Assembly: GCA_034932965.1 (NCBI GenBank)
Contig: JAYFOG010000005.1
Location: 3,296-67,295, forward strand
Direction of reading: 5' to 3'
DNA: 64,000 bases
From: Methanocorpusculum sp.
GTDB lineage: Archaea; Halobacteriota; Methanomicrobia; Methanomicrobiales; Methanocorpusculaceae
Below the pieces are notes generated by a model. The model saw only the letters and a list, made by a program, of their open reading frames with translations. It was not told where the DNA came from and searched no databases. Every line of letters begins with the position of its first letter. Positions within the stretch are counted from its first letter, which is position 1. This document shows positions 29,874-41,024 of this stretch, one piece after another. A program made the position numbers and the translations under genes.

Positions 29874-29911
29874 GAAGTTTCCTCATTGGTTTGGATTATA
29901 TTGTGAATGAA

Positions 29912-29965
29912 CCCGCCCGAATAACGGGAGGGAGGGTTCGGGATCCTGCATAGAGGACCCCGAAC
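29912..29965 (-). promoter_or_regulatory. Structured leader upstream of rps12 (two hairpins)
   Basis: Minus-strand GTTCGGGGTCCT-N6-AGGATCCCGAAC, a 12-bp stem with one G-U pair. Second stem at 29912-29932. Confidence 0.4.
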
Positions 29966-30289
29966 ACCTGCTGACCAACCATACCTAAGATAGATACGGT
30001 CTTCTCAGCGTGTTCCTATACTTATGAGCGGGGTGTGATAATAATACTAATGGACGGCCGCCCAAAGATGAAAAAATGACGGTTTTGGAGATAATTCCAG
30101 GAAAGTCCGAGGTTCAATCAGTATCTTTAAATATGACTTTTCAGGAACCGGTTTTTCGGATACGGAAAATATCATCCGCCCAAAGGATACGGGGGCGGGT
30201 GAAGACGGGGGCAGAAACATCATCCTCGCGGGAGTGCAGATGAGCCCCGAAGAAGAGTATTATGGTCTTGAAAGCAAAACAGTACACAA

Positions 30290-30697
30290 ATGGTTACCCG
30301 GATCTATAAAGAAACCCACTTCGATGCATCACACCGTCTGATGCATTACGAGGGGAAATGTTCCAGACTACATGGTCACCGCTGGAGTGTTGAGGTCTGG
30401 ATGGACGGAACGCCGGACGAGAAATCACGGATCCTGCTGGATTACAATATCATCAAAAACATCATCAATGTCTACGACCACCAGGTCGTGTTGAATAAAG
30501 ATGATCCGATGGCAGAGGCCCTTTCCCGGTTTCAGACACCAGTTCTGACGAACGGCGACCCGACAAGCGAACTTCTGGCGGAAGATATCCGCGAACGTCT
30601 CAATACGTTCTGCAGAGAACAGGGCCTGAGTGCGAGGGTCGCAAAACTGCGGGTATGGGAGTCGGAAGGTTGCTACGCCGAGGTTCTCGCAGAATGA
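30290..30697 (+). CDS. queD: 6-carboxytetrahydropterin synthase
   Basis: FDASHRL, CSRLHGH, PTSE, VWES motifs. Confidence 0.93.
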   Translation: MVTRIYKETHFDASHRLMHYEGKCSRLHGHRWSVEVWMDGTPDEKSRILLDYNIIKNIINVYDHQVVLNKDDPMAEALSRFQTPVLTNGDPTSELLAEDIRERLNTFCREQGLSARVAKLRVWESEGCYAEVLAE

Positions 30698-31302
30698 GAG
30701 TCACGGAGACATTTGTCAGTCTGCAGGGCGAAGGGGAACGGCAGGGGATGCCCTGTTTTTTCCTCAGGCTTTCGGGATGTAATCTCAGATGCGCCTGGTG
30801 CGACACGGAATATTCGTTCGAGAAAGGGACCGACCGAACCATTGATGAACTCGTGAAAGAGATCGCGGATTCCGGTCTCACGTATGTGTGCGTGACGGGA
30901 GGCGAACCTCTTCTCCAGAAGGAGGAGCTGATCCCTCTTCTGGAGATCCTCGCGGGAGCGAACATCTATGTGGATATCGAAACAAACGGCACGATTCCGT
31001 TCGACGATGTTTCGGCGTATGCGTCCATTTGTATGGATGTGAAGTGTCCGTCGTCAGGGGAGATGAGCGATCTTTCCCTGCTGAAAGGACTCACGCAAAA
31101 AGACTGCGTGAAGTTTGTTATCGGCGACGAGGCGGATTATCTGTATATGGTGGAGGTTCTCGCCGCCCGTAAACCGGCCGCCCCGGTCTGTATCACCCCG
31201 GTTTTCGGGACGGAGACGGGATGGCTCGTTGAGACGATCATTGCTGAACGTCTGCCGGTCAGATTCCAGCTTCAGCTGCATAAAGTGGTGAATGTACAAT
31301 GA
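30694..31302 (+). CDS. queE: 7-carboxy-7-deazaguanine synthase (radical SAM)
   Basis: [31 protein letters not shown] motifs. ATG at 30694. Confidence 0.94.
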   Translation: MRVTETFVSLQGEGERQGMPCFFLRLSGCNLRCAWCDTEYSFEKGTDRTIDELVKEIADSGLTYVCVTGGEPLLQKEELIPLLEILAGANIYVDIETNGTIPFDDVSAYASICMDVKCPSSGEMSDLSLLKGLTQKDCVKFVIGDEADYLYMVEVLAARKPAAPVCITPVFGTETGWLVETIIAERLPVRFQLQLHKVVNVQ

Positions 31303-31967
31303 AAAAAGCAGTATGCCTCCTTTCAGGAGGAATGGACTCCACGACCCTTGCCTTTGTCGCAAAGAAGATGGGGTATGAAATTCTGGCCCTCCACGTGAAT
31401 TACGGTCAGAGAACGGAAAAGAAAGAGCTGGAGTGCGCAAAAAAGATCGCAGAACGCCTGCGTGCAGTTGATTTTGTTGAGATCACGCTCGATTACTTCA
31501 CGAAGTTTGGAGCAAGCAGTCTGACGGATCCAAACATCCCGGTGGAGTCGGGAGTGTTGGGAAAAGCGGATAATCCGAATACATATGTGCCGTTCAGAAA
31601 TGGAAATCTGATTTCGATCGCAACATCGTACTGTGAATCGCGTGACGGCGAAGCGATTTTTATCGGCGTCCAGTCAGGGGATCACACCGGGTATCCGGAC
31701 TGTACGCCGAAGTTCATCGAGGCGATGCAGAGAGTGATCTACATCGGAACGCAGACACCGACACCTATTCAGCTCCTGACCCCGTTCGTAACGATGAATA
31801 AGACCAGCATTCTCCGAGAAGGCATTCGTCTGTGTGTTCCCTATGAAGACACATGGTCCTGCTATGCCGAAAACGATGAGGCATGCGGGGTCTGTTCGTC
31901 CTGTCTTGCAAGGCTGAAGGCGTTTCGTGATCTGGGGCTTACCGATCCGATACCCTATAAAAAATAA
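31299..31967 (+). CDS. queC: 7-cyano-7-deazaguanine synthase
   Basis: LSGGMDS, YGQR, TYVPFRN, YPDC, TWSCY..CGVCSSC motifs. Confidence 0.95.
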   Translation: MKKAVCLLSGGMDSTTLAFVAKKMGYEILALHVNYGQRTEKKELECAKKIAERLRAVDFVEITLDYFTKFGASSLTDPNIPVESGVLGKADNPNTYVPFRNGNLISIATSYCESRDGEAIFIGVQSGDHTGYPDCTPKFIEAMQRVIYIGTQTPTPIQLLTPFVTMNKTSILREGIRLCVPYEDTWSCYAENDEACGVCSSCLARLKAFRDLGLTDPIPYKK

Positions 31968-32036
31968 TTTTTACCATCCGATTTCCGCGGTGTACTCTCA
32001 ACCGAAAAAAACTGACGCACTTATGAGATGTACTTC

Positions 32037-32165
32037 GATTTCGTGTACGGCATTAGTGCAGACGTGAGAGAAAAACCAACCGCGATTCGCGTTAATTTGC
32101 GGAGATTCGCGGTTCTTTTCCCCATCCAACCACACTAACACCGCGTAACTCCTATTCTAAGAAAA
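32037..32165. repeat. Composite intergenic repeat
   Basis: ATTTCGTGTACGGCATTAGTG (copy at about 2207), 10-bp periodic ATTCGCG units and CACCGCGTAACTCCTA. Confidence 0.6.
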
Positions 32166-32196
32166 ATTCGTTCGAAAAAATAAAAGAAAAATAGGA

Positions 32197-32571
32197 TTAC
32201 TCTGCGGTTTCCTTTTTCGGCCGCTCGGGTTTCACATACGTGATCTCGTAGGTCTCAACGCTCCGCTCGGCCGGGGTCGCTGACTCTGAATACTCCCGTG
32301 CCATCGAAAGGGCGTCAAACTTACACACATCAACACAGTTCCCGCACATAACACACCGGAACCGGTCAAGTGTCCAGAGCTTTTCCGCCCGCTGAACCAC
32401 GATCGCCTGCGAAGGACACCTTTTCATACACATCATACATGACGTGCACTTCGACGGATCGAAGACCAGGTGACCCCTTGTCCCCTCGAAATTCTCCAGA
32501 GGTTCATACGGGAACATCGTCGTCGCGGGCTTGTGGAAGAACTGTTTCAGGATCGTTGAAAGCATCTTCAT
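32197..32571 (-). CDS. echF: Ech hydrogenase subunit F (2x[4Fe-4S])
   Basis: CTSCMMCMKRCP and CVMCGNCVDVC motifs; operon position. Confidence 0.93.
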   Translation of the reverse strand: MKMLSTILKQFFHKPATTMFPYEPLENFEGTRGHLVFDPSKCTSCMMCMKRCPSQAIVVQRAEKLWTLDRFRCVMCGNCVDVCKFDALSMAREYSESATPAERSVETYEITYVKPERPKKETAE

Positions 32572-32577
32572 CTGCTC

Positions 32578-33660
32578 TCACCTCTCCATACAGCCGATAC
32601 ACGGATCGATCGTCAAAACGATCTGCGGGACATCGGCAAGTTCACAGCCCGCAAGGATCGCTACAAGAGGCGGGATGTTGGTCAGGGTCGGGGTCCTCAC
32701 ACGGAACTGTGCGAGATTTTTGGTTCCGTTCCCTTTCAGATAATGGATGACCTCGCCCCTCGGCTGCTCGGAGCGGCTGAAGTATTCGCCGTCCGGATTA
32801 CCCTTCACGGATGTGGAAACTTCGCCGTCCGGCATATCGGTGATCACCCGGCGGATGATCTCCACCGACTGGAACAACTCCTTACATCTGACCGCACAGC
32901 GGGCATACCCGTCGCCGCCTTTTTCAACGACCGGTTTGAACCCGATATCGCCGTAGGCGAGATATCCGGTAGACCGGGCATCCAGATCAAGACCGCTCCC
33001 GCGGACAGTCGGTCCGCACGCTCCGAGATAATAGGCATCCTCCTTCGAGAGAACGCCTTTGCCGATCAGACGTTTGGTCAATGTGTAATCATTCAGGAAC
33101 ACGTTCGTGAGATCCTTCATATCATCCTCGATCTCATCAAGCCGGTCATCCATTTCCGAAAGGAAAGAGTTTGCGACATCACGCCGGACACCGCCGACTT
33201 TGCAGACCCCCTGAATCACCCGGCCGCCGGTCGTTGCCTCCATCTCATCAAGGATAGATTCACGGATCTTCCATGTCTGATAGAACAAACTCTCAAAACC
33301 GAGTGAGTCGGCAAACAAGCCGAGCCACAGAAGGTGACTGTGGATACGCGAGTACTCGCCCCACATCGTCCGAAGATAGGTAGCACGCTGCGGGACCTCG
33401 ATGCCCATCATTCCTTCTATGCCCTGGCAAAAGGTCGAGGAGTGGGTGAAACTGCAGATACCGCAGATACGCTCTGCAAGAAACACAAAGTCCTGATACT
33501 CACGGCGGTCTACCAGACTTTCAAGACCCCGGTGAACATAGCCGATCGACGGGATCGCCGAGACGACACGCTCATCTTCCACGACCAGATCCAGATGGAT
33601 CGGCTCGGGAAGCACAGGGTGCTGGGGTCCAAACGGGATCACTGTCTGTCTGTCGGTCAT
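32578..33660 (-). CDS. echE: Ech hydrogenase large subunit E
   Basis: GPQHP, ERICGIC, DPCIGCMER (group 4 NiFe, no C-terminal extension). Confidence 0.96.
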   Translation of the reverse strand: MTDRQTVIPFGPQHPVLPEPIHLDLVVEDERVVSAIPSIGYVHRGLESLVDRREYQDFVFLAERICGICSFTHSSTFCQGIEGMMGIEVPQRATYLRTMWGEYSRIHSHLLWLGLFADSLGFESLFYQTWKIRESILDEMEATTGGRVIQGVCKVGGVRRDVANSFLSEMDDRLDEIEDDMKDLTNVFLNDYTLTKRLIGKGVLSKEDAYYLGACGPTVRGSGLDLDARSTGYLAYGDIGFKPVVEKGGDGYARCAVRCKELFQSVEIIRRVITDMPDGEVSTSVKGNPDGEYFSRSEQPRGEVIHYLKGNGTKNLAQFRVRTPTLTNIPPLVAILAGCELADVPQIVLTIDPCIGCMER

Positions 33661-34043
33661 ATCTTCCCCTCCTTAACTATGGTAACTGTAGGAGCGGGTT
33701 GCTCCTTCTTTTTGAACGGATAAGGAACGGATGTTTTGATGAACGTTCCGCCGAAATCAAGAGACATTCCTTCAAACGAAAATCCATAGAGATCATGGAT
33801 CTCATTCTCATACACAAATGCCCCGCCGTAGGATGAACCGATCGACGGGATCTTCGTCCCTTCAGAAACGGTGATGCGGTAATGCCGAAGATCCGTTTCC
33901 TTTTCGTACGAGTAAGTGATATAGTAGCCTTCATCAGCAGGCGTGCAGGTCATAGCGACCAGACGGAACCCGCTGTTTTTCATTGTGCCGGCAGTATTCT
34001 GTACATCAGCAACTTCAATGGGATCGATTTTCATATTATTCAT
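33657..34043 (-). CDS. echD: Ech hydrogenase subunit D
   Basis: NuoC-like PSI..YENEIHDLYG motif. Confidence 0.9.
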   Translation of the reverse strand: MNNMKIDPIEVADVQNTAGTMKNSGFRLVAMTCTPADEGYYITYSYEKETDLRHYRITVSEGTKIPSIGSSYGGAFVYENEIHDLYGFSFEGMSLDFGGTFIKTSVPYPFKKKEQPAPTVTIVKEGKI

Positions 34044-34474
34044 TTTTTTGCCTCCAGAGCTGCACGTTTTTCTTCCAGAACGCCAAGTGCCTTTACGATT
34101 CCCTCGATGAGCGCCTCGGGACGGACGGCACATCCGGGGACATACACGTCTACCGGGATGATCGTGTCGACGCCGCCGGAAATATTATAGCAGTCGCGGA
34201 AAACCCCGCCGCTTGATGCGCAGATTCCGACCGCGACAACGACCTTCGGTTCAGGGATCTGGTCGTAGATATTTTTCAGGACCACTTTGTTCTGTTCGTT
34301 CACCCCGCCCGTTACCACAAAGATATCGGCGTGTTCGGGGTTTCCCGTATTGATGATCCCAAACCGTTCAACATCGTAGACCGGCGTTAAAGCGGCGAGG
34401 ATCTCAATATCGCATCCATTACAGCTGGACGCGTTGTAATGGAGGAGCCAGGGGGATTTTGATGCTGAACTCAT
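34040..34474 (-). CDS. echC: Ech hydrogenase small subunit C
   Basis: SCNGCDIE, GICASSGG, YVPGCA motifs. Confidence 0.95.
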   Translation of the reverse strand: MSSASKSPWLLHYNASSCNGCDIEILAALTPVYDVERFGIINTGNPEHADIFVVTGGVNEQNKVVLKNIYDQIPEPKVVVAVGICASSGGVFRDCYNISGGVDTIIPVDVYVPGCAVRPEALIEGIVKALGVLEEKRAALEAKK

Positions 34475-35340
34475 TATACTATACCTCCAAGGATGCCAAG
34501 AATGACAATGTTTCCTACTCCGAAGACGAGGGTGACAAGCCAGAGACTTTTGACCGTCATCTTCCAGGTCACACGCGGGAAGATATTATCGATCACGATT
34601 TCCAGAAGGAACACGAGAATGATCGCAATCGCGGAAAGTACTGGATACCCGGCAAAGAAGAAGAGTATAATGGAGAGGAAGATCATCATCTCATACCAGT
34701 GGGCGATCTCGACTTTGGCAAGACTTCTGCCAGAAAGGGAGGAAGTCACACCTTTCACCAGTTCCTGATGGGCGTGGTGAGAGGTCGAGATATCAAATGG
34801 CGATTTTCTGAGTTTAAGGGTCAAAACGGCGATGAATGCGATGAACACACCCGGCAGGAAGATGATCCCCGGAATATCCAGAATGAGCATATGATAACTA
34901 TCGAAACTGCCGGTGACCAGGAAGCATCCTGCGGCGAGCAGGATCAGGATCGGTTCAAGGATCATGAGACTGAGAAGCTCACGTTCCGCACCTATGTTAG
35001 AGTAGGGAGCGTTTGCCGCATAGGCTGCAAGGATAAGGAAGGTGTGGGCAAGTGCGAGCGAGAAGATCACAAATAGAAGATTACCTCCTGTAGCGAGCAT
35101 CGCTCCTGAAAATGCGATCAGGACCAGGTATGCCGTGGTGAAGATGATCTCCACCGGATTTGAGAATGCCTTTTCCTTATGCCAGAGTTTTGCCACATCA
35201 TAAAACGGCTGAAGAAGCGGCGGCCCGACTCTTGACTGGAAACGGGCAGTTAACACGCGGTCGCATCCGGTAAGGAGTCCGCCGAGGATCGGTGCAAGGG
35301 TCAAAAATAATACCGCACCCACAAGAAACATTATATCCAT
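34474..35340 (-). CDS. echB: Ech hydrogenase membrane subunit B
   Basis: NuoH-like RVLTARFQSRVGPPLLQPFYD and KSPFDISTSHHAHQE motifs. Confidence 0.94.
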   Translation of the reverse strand: MDIMFLVGAVLFLTLAPILGGLLTGCDRVLTARFQSRVGPPLLQPFYDVAKLWHKEKAFSNPVEIIFTTAYLVLIAFSGAMLATGGNLLFVIFSLALAHTFLILAAYAANAPYSNIGAERELLSLMILEPILILLAAGCFLVTGSFDSYHMLILDIPGIIFLPGVFIAFIAVLTLKLRKSPFDISTSHHAHQELVKGVTSSLSGRSLAKVEIAHWYEMMIFLSIILFFFAGYPVLSAIAIILVFLLEIVIDNIFPRVTWKMTVKSLWLVTLVFGVGNIVILGILGGIV

Positions 35341-37277
35341 ATCATCACCCCCATGAATCCAAGAACAAGCATCACGATGATAAGAACTCCTGAGATCACC
35401 CACGAGGGTTTGAGAAGGACTTTCTCACCGCAGTACTCTTCGAGATAGTAGTTTGAAGTTTTTGCCTCTTTATAGACGCCGAGAGAACCAAGGAACCTGC
35501 CTTCTGCATCAACGGCGCGTCCGCCAAGATACGGCGGGATCAGTCTTCCTTCTTTGGTACCAACGAAGGCCCCGGCGACAAGCAGCAGAAGAATGGCCGC
35601 CATGAGACCGAGCATGACCAGCGTGTCGAAGAAATATAATCCATTATTTGGCTGATAGAAGTACGGATGTATCGTTTCAAGATAAGGAATGATCACTCCG
35701 GAGATGATCGCCGGGAACCCAAGGCAGCATACGATCACCAGAACACCCATGACGATCACCGAGATCTTCTCGGAGATGTGCAGAGCGATTTTTTCCGCAG
35801 GAGGTCTGGTCATTCTCATGAACAGTTTGCCGAGCCATTTTGTCCAGAAGAAGATGGTAAACGCACTGCCGAATGCAAGAAGCGTGATGAACACGCATCC
35901 AAGCGGAGCGGTAAGGAAGGCTTCCAGAGCTACCCACTTGGAAATGAGCATACCAAAAGGTGCCAGATACATTCCGCAGATACCAATGACCATCATTGTT
36001 GCAAGGAGCGGGAGACGGACCAGAAGTCCGTCCATGTCCTCAATGTCCCGGCTCCCGATCTTGTGTTCTACAGCCCCGACACAGAGGAAGAGAAGCGCCT
36101 TGGCGACCGCGTGGAAGATGATCAGAAGGATCGCCGCTTCGATTGCCTGGGCCGTACCTATACCTGCACAGGCGGTGATCAGACCAAGGTTCGCGATCGT
36201 TGAGTAGGCGAGAACTTTCTTTGCATTGCTCTGCGAGATCGCGAGAGCAGAGGTGACCAGGAAGGTGAACGCCCCGATCAGTGCAAGGAAAATACCTACC
36301 CATGTCTGCGAGAACAGCGGGGCAAAGAGTACCAGAAGATACACGCCGGCCTTGACCATGGTACTTGAGTGGAGCAGGGCGGAGACCGGAGTAGGAGCAA
36401 CCATTGCTCCGGTGAGCCAGGTTGAAAACGGCATCTGGGCAGCCTTCGTCAATCCTGCTACTGCAATGAAGGCAAGCGGTATCGTCAGAGCGGAGACGTT
36501 CGGGAAATGAAGAAGATTGGTTACTGAGAGCAGACTCACCGGCGAATTAATGCGAAGCAGGAAGGTTATTGCAAGGGTGAAACAGATCCCGCCGATCAGA
36601 TTCATCCACACTGCACGAAACGCATTATTTACTGCTTCAGGGGTCCGTGAGTATCCTATCAGAAGGAAGGAACAAAGAGTTGTGACTTCCCAGGCGCACA
36701 GGATCCACATAAGATTGTTGAAAAGAACCAGCCCGAACATCGCCGAGAGGAAAAGGAACATCAGAGCGAAGAAGTAACGCTTCCGCACAGGAACGGCGAT
36801 CTGGTGTTCATGATAATCCTTCATGTAGCCAAGAGCATAGACACAGATCAGTGTGCCGATTATGCCGATGATCAGGACCATGACAGCCGAGAGATTGGTG
36901 ATCGTGAATGTCGTTATCACATCATGGCCGGCAGTGCCGAAATATTCGAGCCTTACGATAAGGATCAGCTGAATAACCGAGAGAATGAGAGGAAGGATCT
37001 TCCGGTATTTTATGGAAAGGCCCAGAATAACGAGAGCTACGCCAAGTTCAACGACGAATAACAGCATACCGATCCATTCAGTATTTTCAAGGGTCAAAGA
37101 TACGGGAGCAAGCAATGCTTTCCATGCCAGAAAGGCGGATGCCCCGATAATTATGACCGAAGTTATGCCTGCGAGGATATTGCGGACAAGGTCGGGTTTG
37201 AAGATCGCTAAAAGAACAGCGGCACAAACGGGAACAAGCAGCAATACCAGTATGGCAATGAGTTCCGGCGGGTACAT
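35331..37277 (-). CDS. echA: Ech hydrogenase antiporter-like subunit A
   Basis: NuoL-like WEVTTLCSFLLIGY, AMVAPTPVSALLHSSTMVKAG, HAVAKALLF motifs. Confidence 0.94.
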   Translation of the reverse strand: MYPPELIAILVLLLVPVCAAVLLAIFKPDLVRNILAGITSVIIIGASAFLAWKALLAPVSLTLENTEWIGMLLFVVELGVALVILGLSIKYRKILPLILSVIQLILIVRLEYFGTAGHDVITTFTITNLSAVMVLIIGIIGTLICVYALGYMKDYHEHQIAVPVRKRYFFALMFLFLSAMFGLVLFNNLMWILCAWEVTTLCSFLLIGYSRTPEAVNNAFRAVWMNLIGGICFTLAITFLLRINSPVSLLSVTNLLHFPNVSALTIPLAFIAVAGLTKAAQMPFSTWLTGAMVAPTPVSALLHSSTMVKAGVYLLVLFAPLFSQTWVGIFLALIGAFTFLVTSALAISQSNAKKVLAYSTIANLGLITACAGIGTAQAIEAAILLIIFHAVAKALLFLCVGAVEHKIGSRDIEDMDGLLVRLPLLATMMVIGICGMYLAPFGMLISKWVALEAFLTAPLGCVFITLLAFGSAFTIFFWTKWLGKLFMRMTRPPAEKIALHISEKISVIVMGVLVIVCCLGFPAIISGVIIPYLETIHPYFYQPNNGLYFFDTLVMLGLMAAILLLLVAGAFVGTKEGRLIPPYLGGRAVDAEGRFLGSLGVYKEAKTSNYYLEEYCGEKVLLKPSWVISGVLIIVMLVLGFMGVMIWI

Positions 37278-37603
37278 AGATATCACTTGTTGAAAGTATT
37301 GACATTCATCATTATTAATCATTCTAATGAACCCCGGGAAAATGCGTGTATTTCCGGTCAGGATGAAAGATACGATCAAAATGATCCCAGTACTTATCAG
37401 CGGCCAAAGCAGGCTTCCAAGAAAATTCGTTTCGTCTCTGAATGATAAGAACAAAAAAATCCCGGAAGATTTCCCGGATTACTGAAGATTATTGCCGGAT
37501 ATATCATATGAATGAGGAGCTGATCTCAGAAATCCGGCAGGAGCGGGCGGTCATTTGACAGATACAGCGCGCCCGCTGTAAAAAGCTGAAGAAAAGAAAA
37601 AAA

Positions 37604-37996
37604 TTAGAGGTCCGGAACGAATTTCGTTCCGTAATGGATGATCCCGTCCGAACCTTCACGGTCCAGGACCCGGAAGACGGATTTTACCGGCATGCCGATC
37701 TTGACCTCTTCGGGTTCACAGATGAGATGCGAGGTGACCCGCGTTCCTTCTTCGAGTTCTATGATCGCGAGAACATAGGGTTTCAGTGCGGAGAACTGAT
37801 CGCTTGCTGCGGAAAGGACCGAGTAGGTCATGACCTTTCCTTTCCCTGAGAACTGACAGGGGACGATTTTTCCATCCCGGCGGCAGTGCGGACAGATCGC
37901 TCTTGGCGGGAAGAATACATCCCCGCAGGTATCGCATTTCGTTCCAACCAGATTATATCTCTGGGGGATCTCCCTCCAGAATCGTGCTACGGTCAT
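37604..37996 (-). CDS. DUF35 Zn-ribbon/OB-fold scaffold protein
   Basis: CDTCG..FPPRAICPHC and YGTKF motifs; follows the thiolase. Confidence 0.92.
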   Translation of the reverse strand: MTVARFWREIPQRYNLVGTKCDTCGDVFFPPRAICPHCRRDGKIVPCQFSGKGKVMTYSVLSAASDQFSALKPYVLAIIELEEGTRVTSHLICEPEEVKIGMPVKSVFRVLDREGSDGIIHYGTKFVPDL

Positions 37997-37997
37997 C

Positions 37998-39161
37998 TCA
38001 GGCCCTCCCGAAGATGTGTGATACAACGCTTGCGCCGGTTCCTCCGACATTCTGTGTCATACCTATTTCCGCTCCTTCGACCTGACGTTTGCCGCCTTCG
38101 CCGCGAAGTTGCTGGACGACTTCCCAGATCTGTTTGATACCTGTGGCGCCGACCGGGTGGCCGCATGATTTGAGACCTCCCGAGGTGTTTACAGGAAGTT
38201 TGCCGCCAAGCTGGGTCTCGCCCTGCTCAGTGAATTTGCCGGCGGTTCCCTTCGGAACAAAGCCGAGATCCTCGATTGCACACAGTTCTGCGATCGTGAA
38301 ACAGTCATGGACCTCAACGAAGTCGATATCCTTTCGTTCGAGTTTTGCCTGCCGGAACGCCGAGTTTCCTGCGGCAACCGTGGCACCCAGGGTGGAAAAG
38401 TCCGGACGGTCGTGTAAAGCGATCGTGTCGCCGGCCTGTGCGGAGGCAAGGACCTTGATCGGCGTGTCGGTGAACTCCCGTGCTTTTTCAAGCGGACAGA
38501 CGACCACGACCGCAGCACCGTCGGAAACGGGCGAGCAGTCGAAGAGTCGAAGCGGGGAGGCAACAAGGGTCGAGTTCATCACCGTTGAAAGGGTGATCTC
38601 GTTCTGGAACTGGGCGAACGGGTTTCTTGCTCCGTGGTAATGGTTCTTCACCGAAACCTGGGCAAGCTGCTCGCGGGTCAGTCCATACTTATGCATGTAG
38701 TCGCATGCGATCATAGCATAGAGACCGGGGAATGTCGCTCCGGCAAAGCTTTCCCATTCTCTGTCGGCTGCTCCGGCGAGAACATCCGTCGAATCGCCGA
38801 CATCGGTCATCTTCTCAACACCTGCCGCAATGACGACATCGGACATTCCGGAAGATACTGCTGCTACTGCCTGACGGAAGGCAAGACCGCCTGATGCACA
38901 GGCAGCTTCAACACGGGTGGCCGGGACGTGAAGATCCCCGCCGAGTCCCACGTAATCGGCAACGAGTGCCCCGACGTGTTCCTGACCGACGAATCTGCCG
39001 GCAGACATCGAGCCGACGAACAATGCATCGATCTGTTCTCCCGCCACATTTGCATCCTCAAGTGCGGCGATTCCTGCTTCTGTACACAGATCACGGAAAG
39101 ATGTGTCCCACCTTTCTCCGAATTTAGTGATTCCTGCACCAATTACTGCTACTTCTCTCAT
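37998..39161 (-). CDS. Acetoacetyl-CoA thiolase
   Basis: [30 protein letters not shown] motifs. Confidence 0.95.
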   Translation of the reverse strand: MREVAVIGAGITKFGERWDTSFRDLCTEAGIAALEDANVAGEQIDALFVGSMSAGRFVGQEHVGALVADYVGLGGDLHVPATRVEAACASGGLAFRQAVAAVSSGMSDVVIAAGVEKMTDVGDSTDVLAGAADREWESFAGATFPGLYAMIACDYMHKYGLTREQLAQVSVKNHYHGARNPFAQFQNEITLSTVMNSTLVASPLRLFDCSPVSDGAAVVVVCPLEKAREFTDTPIKVLASAQAGDTIALHDRPDFSTLGATVAAGNSAFRQAKLERKDIDFVEVHDCFTIAELCAIEDLGFVPKGTAGKFTEQGETQLGGKLPVNTSGGLKSCGHPVGATGIKQIWEVVQQLRGEGGKRQVEGAEIGMTQNVGGTGASVVSHIFGRA

Positions 39162-39169
39162 GATCCACC

Positions 39170-40213
39170 TCACATCCGGATCTTGCCCTTGTGCCGGGCA
39201 TACACTGCATAATCAAGATACTTCTTTGTGGAAAGCATCTGCTCAACGGTCGGACCCTGGGAACGGTCGATCTTATTCAAAATCGCATCGGTCACGGTAA
39301 TATCAAAGGCATCGGATCCTGCTCCGCTGCCGTAACTTGTAACAAAGATCCGGTCGCCGGGTTTTGCCACATCTAAAACGGCCGCTAAACCGAGAGGAAC
39401 AGCGCCGCTGTAGGTGTTTCCAAGCTTGGGGGCCAGAAGACCCGCCTTGATCTGGTCTTTCGTGAATCCCAGCATCTGTGCTGCTTTCTGCGGGAATTTG
39501 GCATTCGGCTGGTGGAAGACTGCATGCGTATAATCGGAAGGCTTCGTTCCGCGAAGTTCCATCATCAGCTTTGCAGCCCCGAGGGTGTGTTTGAAGTATC
39601 CGGGGTCGCCGGAGAATCTTCCTCCGTGTCTTGGATAATCCTCTCCTTCGCGGCGCCAGAAGTCAGGCGTGTCGGAGGTAAAGGAGCAGGTCTCATTGAT
39701 GACCGCTATCGGATCGTCATTCCCGATAACGTATGCCGCTCCTCCGGCAGCTGCCGTATATTCCAGTGCATCGCCGGGAGCTCCCTGTGCAGTGTCCGCT
39801 CCGATCGCGACGGCATATTTCATCATTCCTGATGACACCAGGCCCATCGCGGTCTGGATAGCGGCAGTTCCTGCTTTACAGGCGAACTCATAATCGGCAG
39901 CCGTCATAACGGGTGTTGCGCCGATCGCCTCTCCGACCGTGACTGCAGTCGGTTTAACAGCATACGGGTGCGACTCGGAGCCCACATAGACCGCCTTGAT
40001 ATCGGCAGGGTCTACTGGACGCCGGCGAAGTGCCGAGCGGGCAGCCTCAACGGAAAATGTGGCTGTGTTCTCATCGTAATCGGGTACGGCTTTTTCTATA
40101 ACGCCAAGTCCGCCGGTGATCTCCGCGGCGTTCGCTCCCCATACACGGGCAATCTCTTCGATTTTGATTCTGAAACGGGGAATGTATGCCCCGTAGGTGA
40201 TTATGCCTACCAT
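39170..40213 (-). CDS. Hydroxymethylglutaryl-CoA synthase (archaeal)
   Basis: [37 protein letters not shown] motifs. Confidence 0.95.
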   Translation of the reverse strand: MVGIITYGAYIPRFRIKIEEIARVWGANAAEITGGLGVIEKAVPDYDENTATFSVEAARSALRRRPVDPADIKAVYVGSESHPYAVKPTAVTVGEAIGATPVMTAADYEFACKAGTAAIQTAMGLVSSGMMKYAVAIGADTAQGAPGDALEYTAAAGGAAYVIGNDDPIAVINETCSFTSDTPDFWRREGEDYPRHGGRFSGDPGYFKHTLGAAKLMMELRGTKPSDYTHAVFHQPNAKFPQKAAQMLGFTKDQIKAGLLAPKLGNTYSGAVPLGLAAVLDVAKPGDRIFVTSYGSGAGSDAFDITVTDAILNKIDRSQGPTVEQMLSTKKYLDYAVYARHKGKIRM

Positions 40214-40917
40214 TGTGTTTTCCTTAAACGTGTAACGAGATCCTGAACTCCCAGGGGCGTACAGAGAACGGTAATGTGATCTTTTTCTGCAAGCTTTTTG
40301 ACGAGCGGGTTGACATGTTCCTCATCTATCCCCTGAAGGATTACATACGGGGGTTTGAAGGGTGTCACGCGGATTGCGATCATGGGGGATTTTCCGGTCG
40401 AAATATCCGTGAAGATCAGAGCGCGTTCCGTGCTCCAGCCGTAAATACGGTTGAATTCGTTGGGAGAAAGATTCAGAATGGCATTTGTACTGTTGATAAC
40501 AGTATAGCCGAAAATCTGGGAATCCAGCTCCCCGCAGATGAGGGTACATTCAATCAGTTCCGATAATTCCCTGATCGGAATAGAGGAAGCGAAGTCATGA
40601 ATATCATAAATGACCTCGTCATCATAATCCGAGAACAGGAGTTTGCCATACTTTTTGATGTATGTCCCGCCATTTTCTTCGTCAACATTCAGAAGCGAGT
40701 CTACGATTTTTCCAACGACACCGGTTCCCGGACTTTTTCTCCTGCCGCTCTCATAATCACTGATAACGGACGGAGATACTCCAAGATGGTCTGCGAGTAC
40801 ACCCGGGGCTATCTGAAAACTTGTACGCCATTTTTTCAGGGCTTTTCCGGGTGAATCGGAGAGGGTGATCTCGCCTGCCATTTTCTCGGCAAGCTGCTGG
40901 CGAAGTACCGGCTTCAT
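40207..40917 (-). CDS. Conserved archaeal HTH (XRE) transcriptional regulator
   Basis: [37 protein letters not shown] motifs. Confidence 0.88.
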   Translation of the reverse strand: MKPVLRQQLAEKMAGEITLSDSPGKALKKWRTSFQIAPGVLADHLGVSPSVISDYESGRRKSPGTGVVGKIVDSLLNVDEENGGTYIKKYGKLLFSDYDDEVIYDIHDFASSIPIRELSELIECTLICGELDSQIFGYTVINSTNAILNLSPNEFNRIYGWSTERALIFTDISTGKSPMIAIRVTPFKPPYVILQGIDEEHVNPLVKKLAEKDHITVLCTPLGVQDLVTRLRKTQW

Positions 40918-41024
40918 ACATACCTATATTTCGTTACTTACATAAGAAGCTGGTTGTCGAATTCGTCAATACGCGAATAGCGCTCATCCTAACCCATAAA
41001 TAGTAAGCGATCCAACGATGCGTT

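Noticed and set aside
32578-33660. Selenocysteine or other recoding in EchE
   Set aside because: Both CxxC motifs use Cys codons and there is no in-frame TGA.
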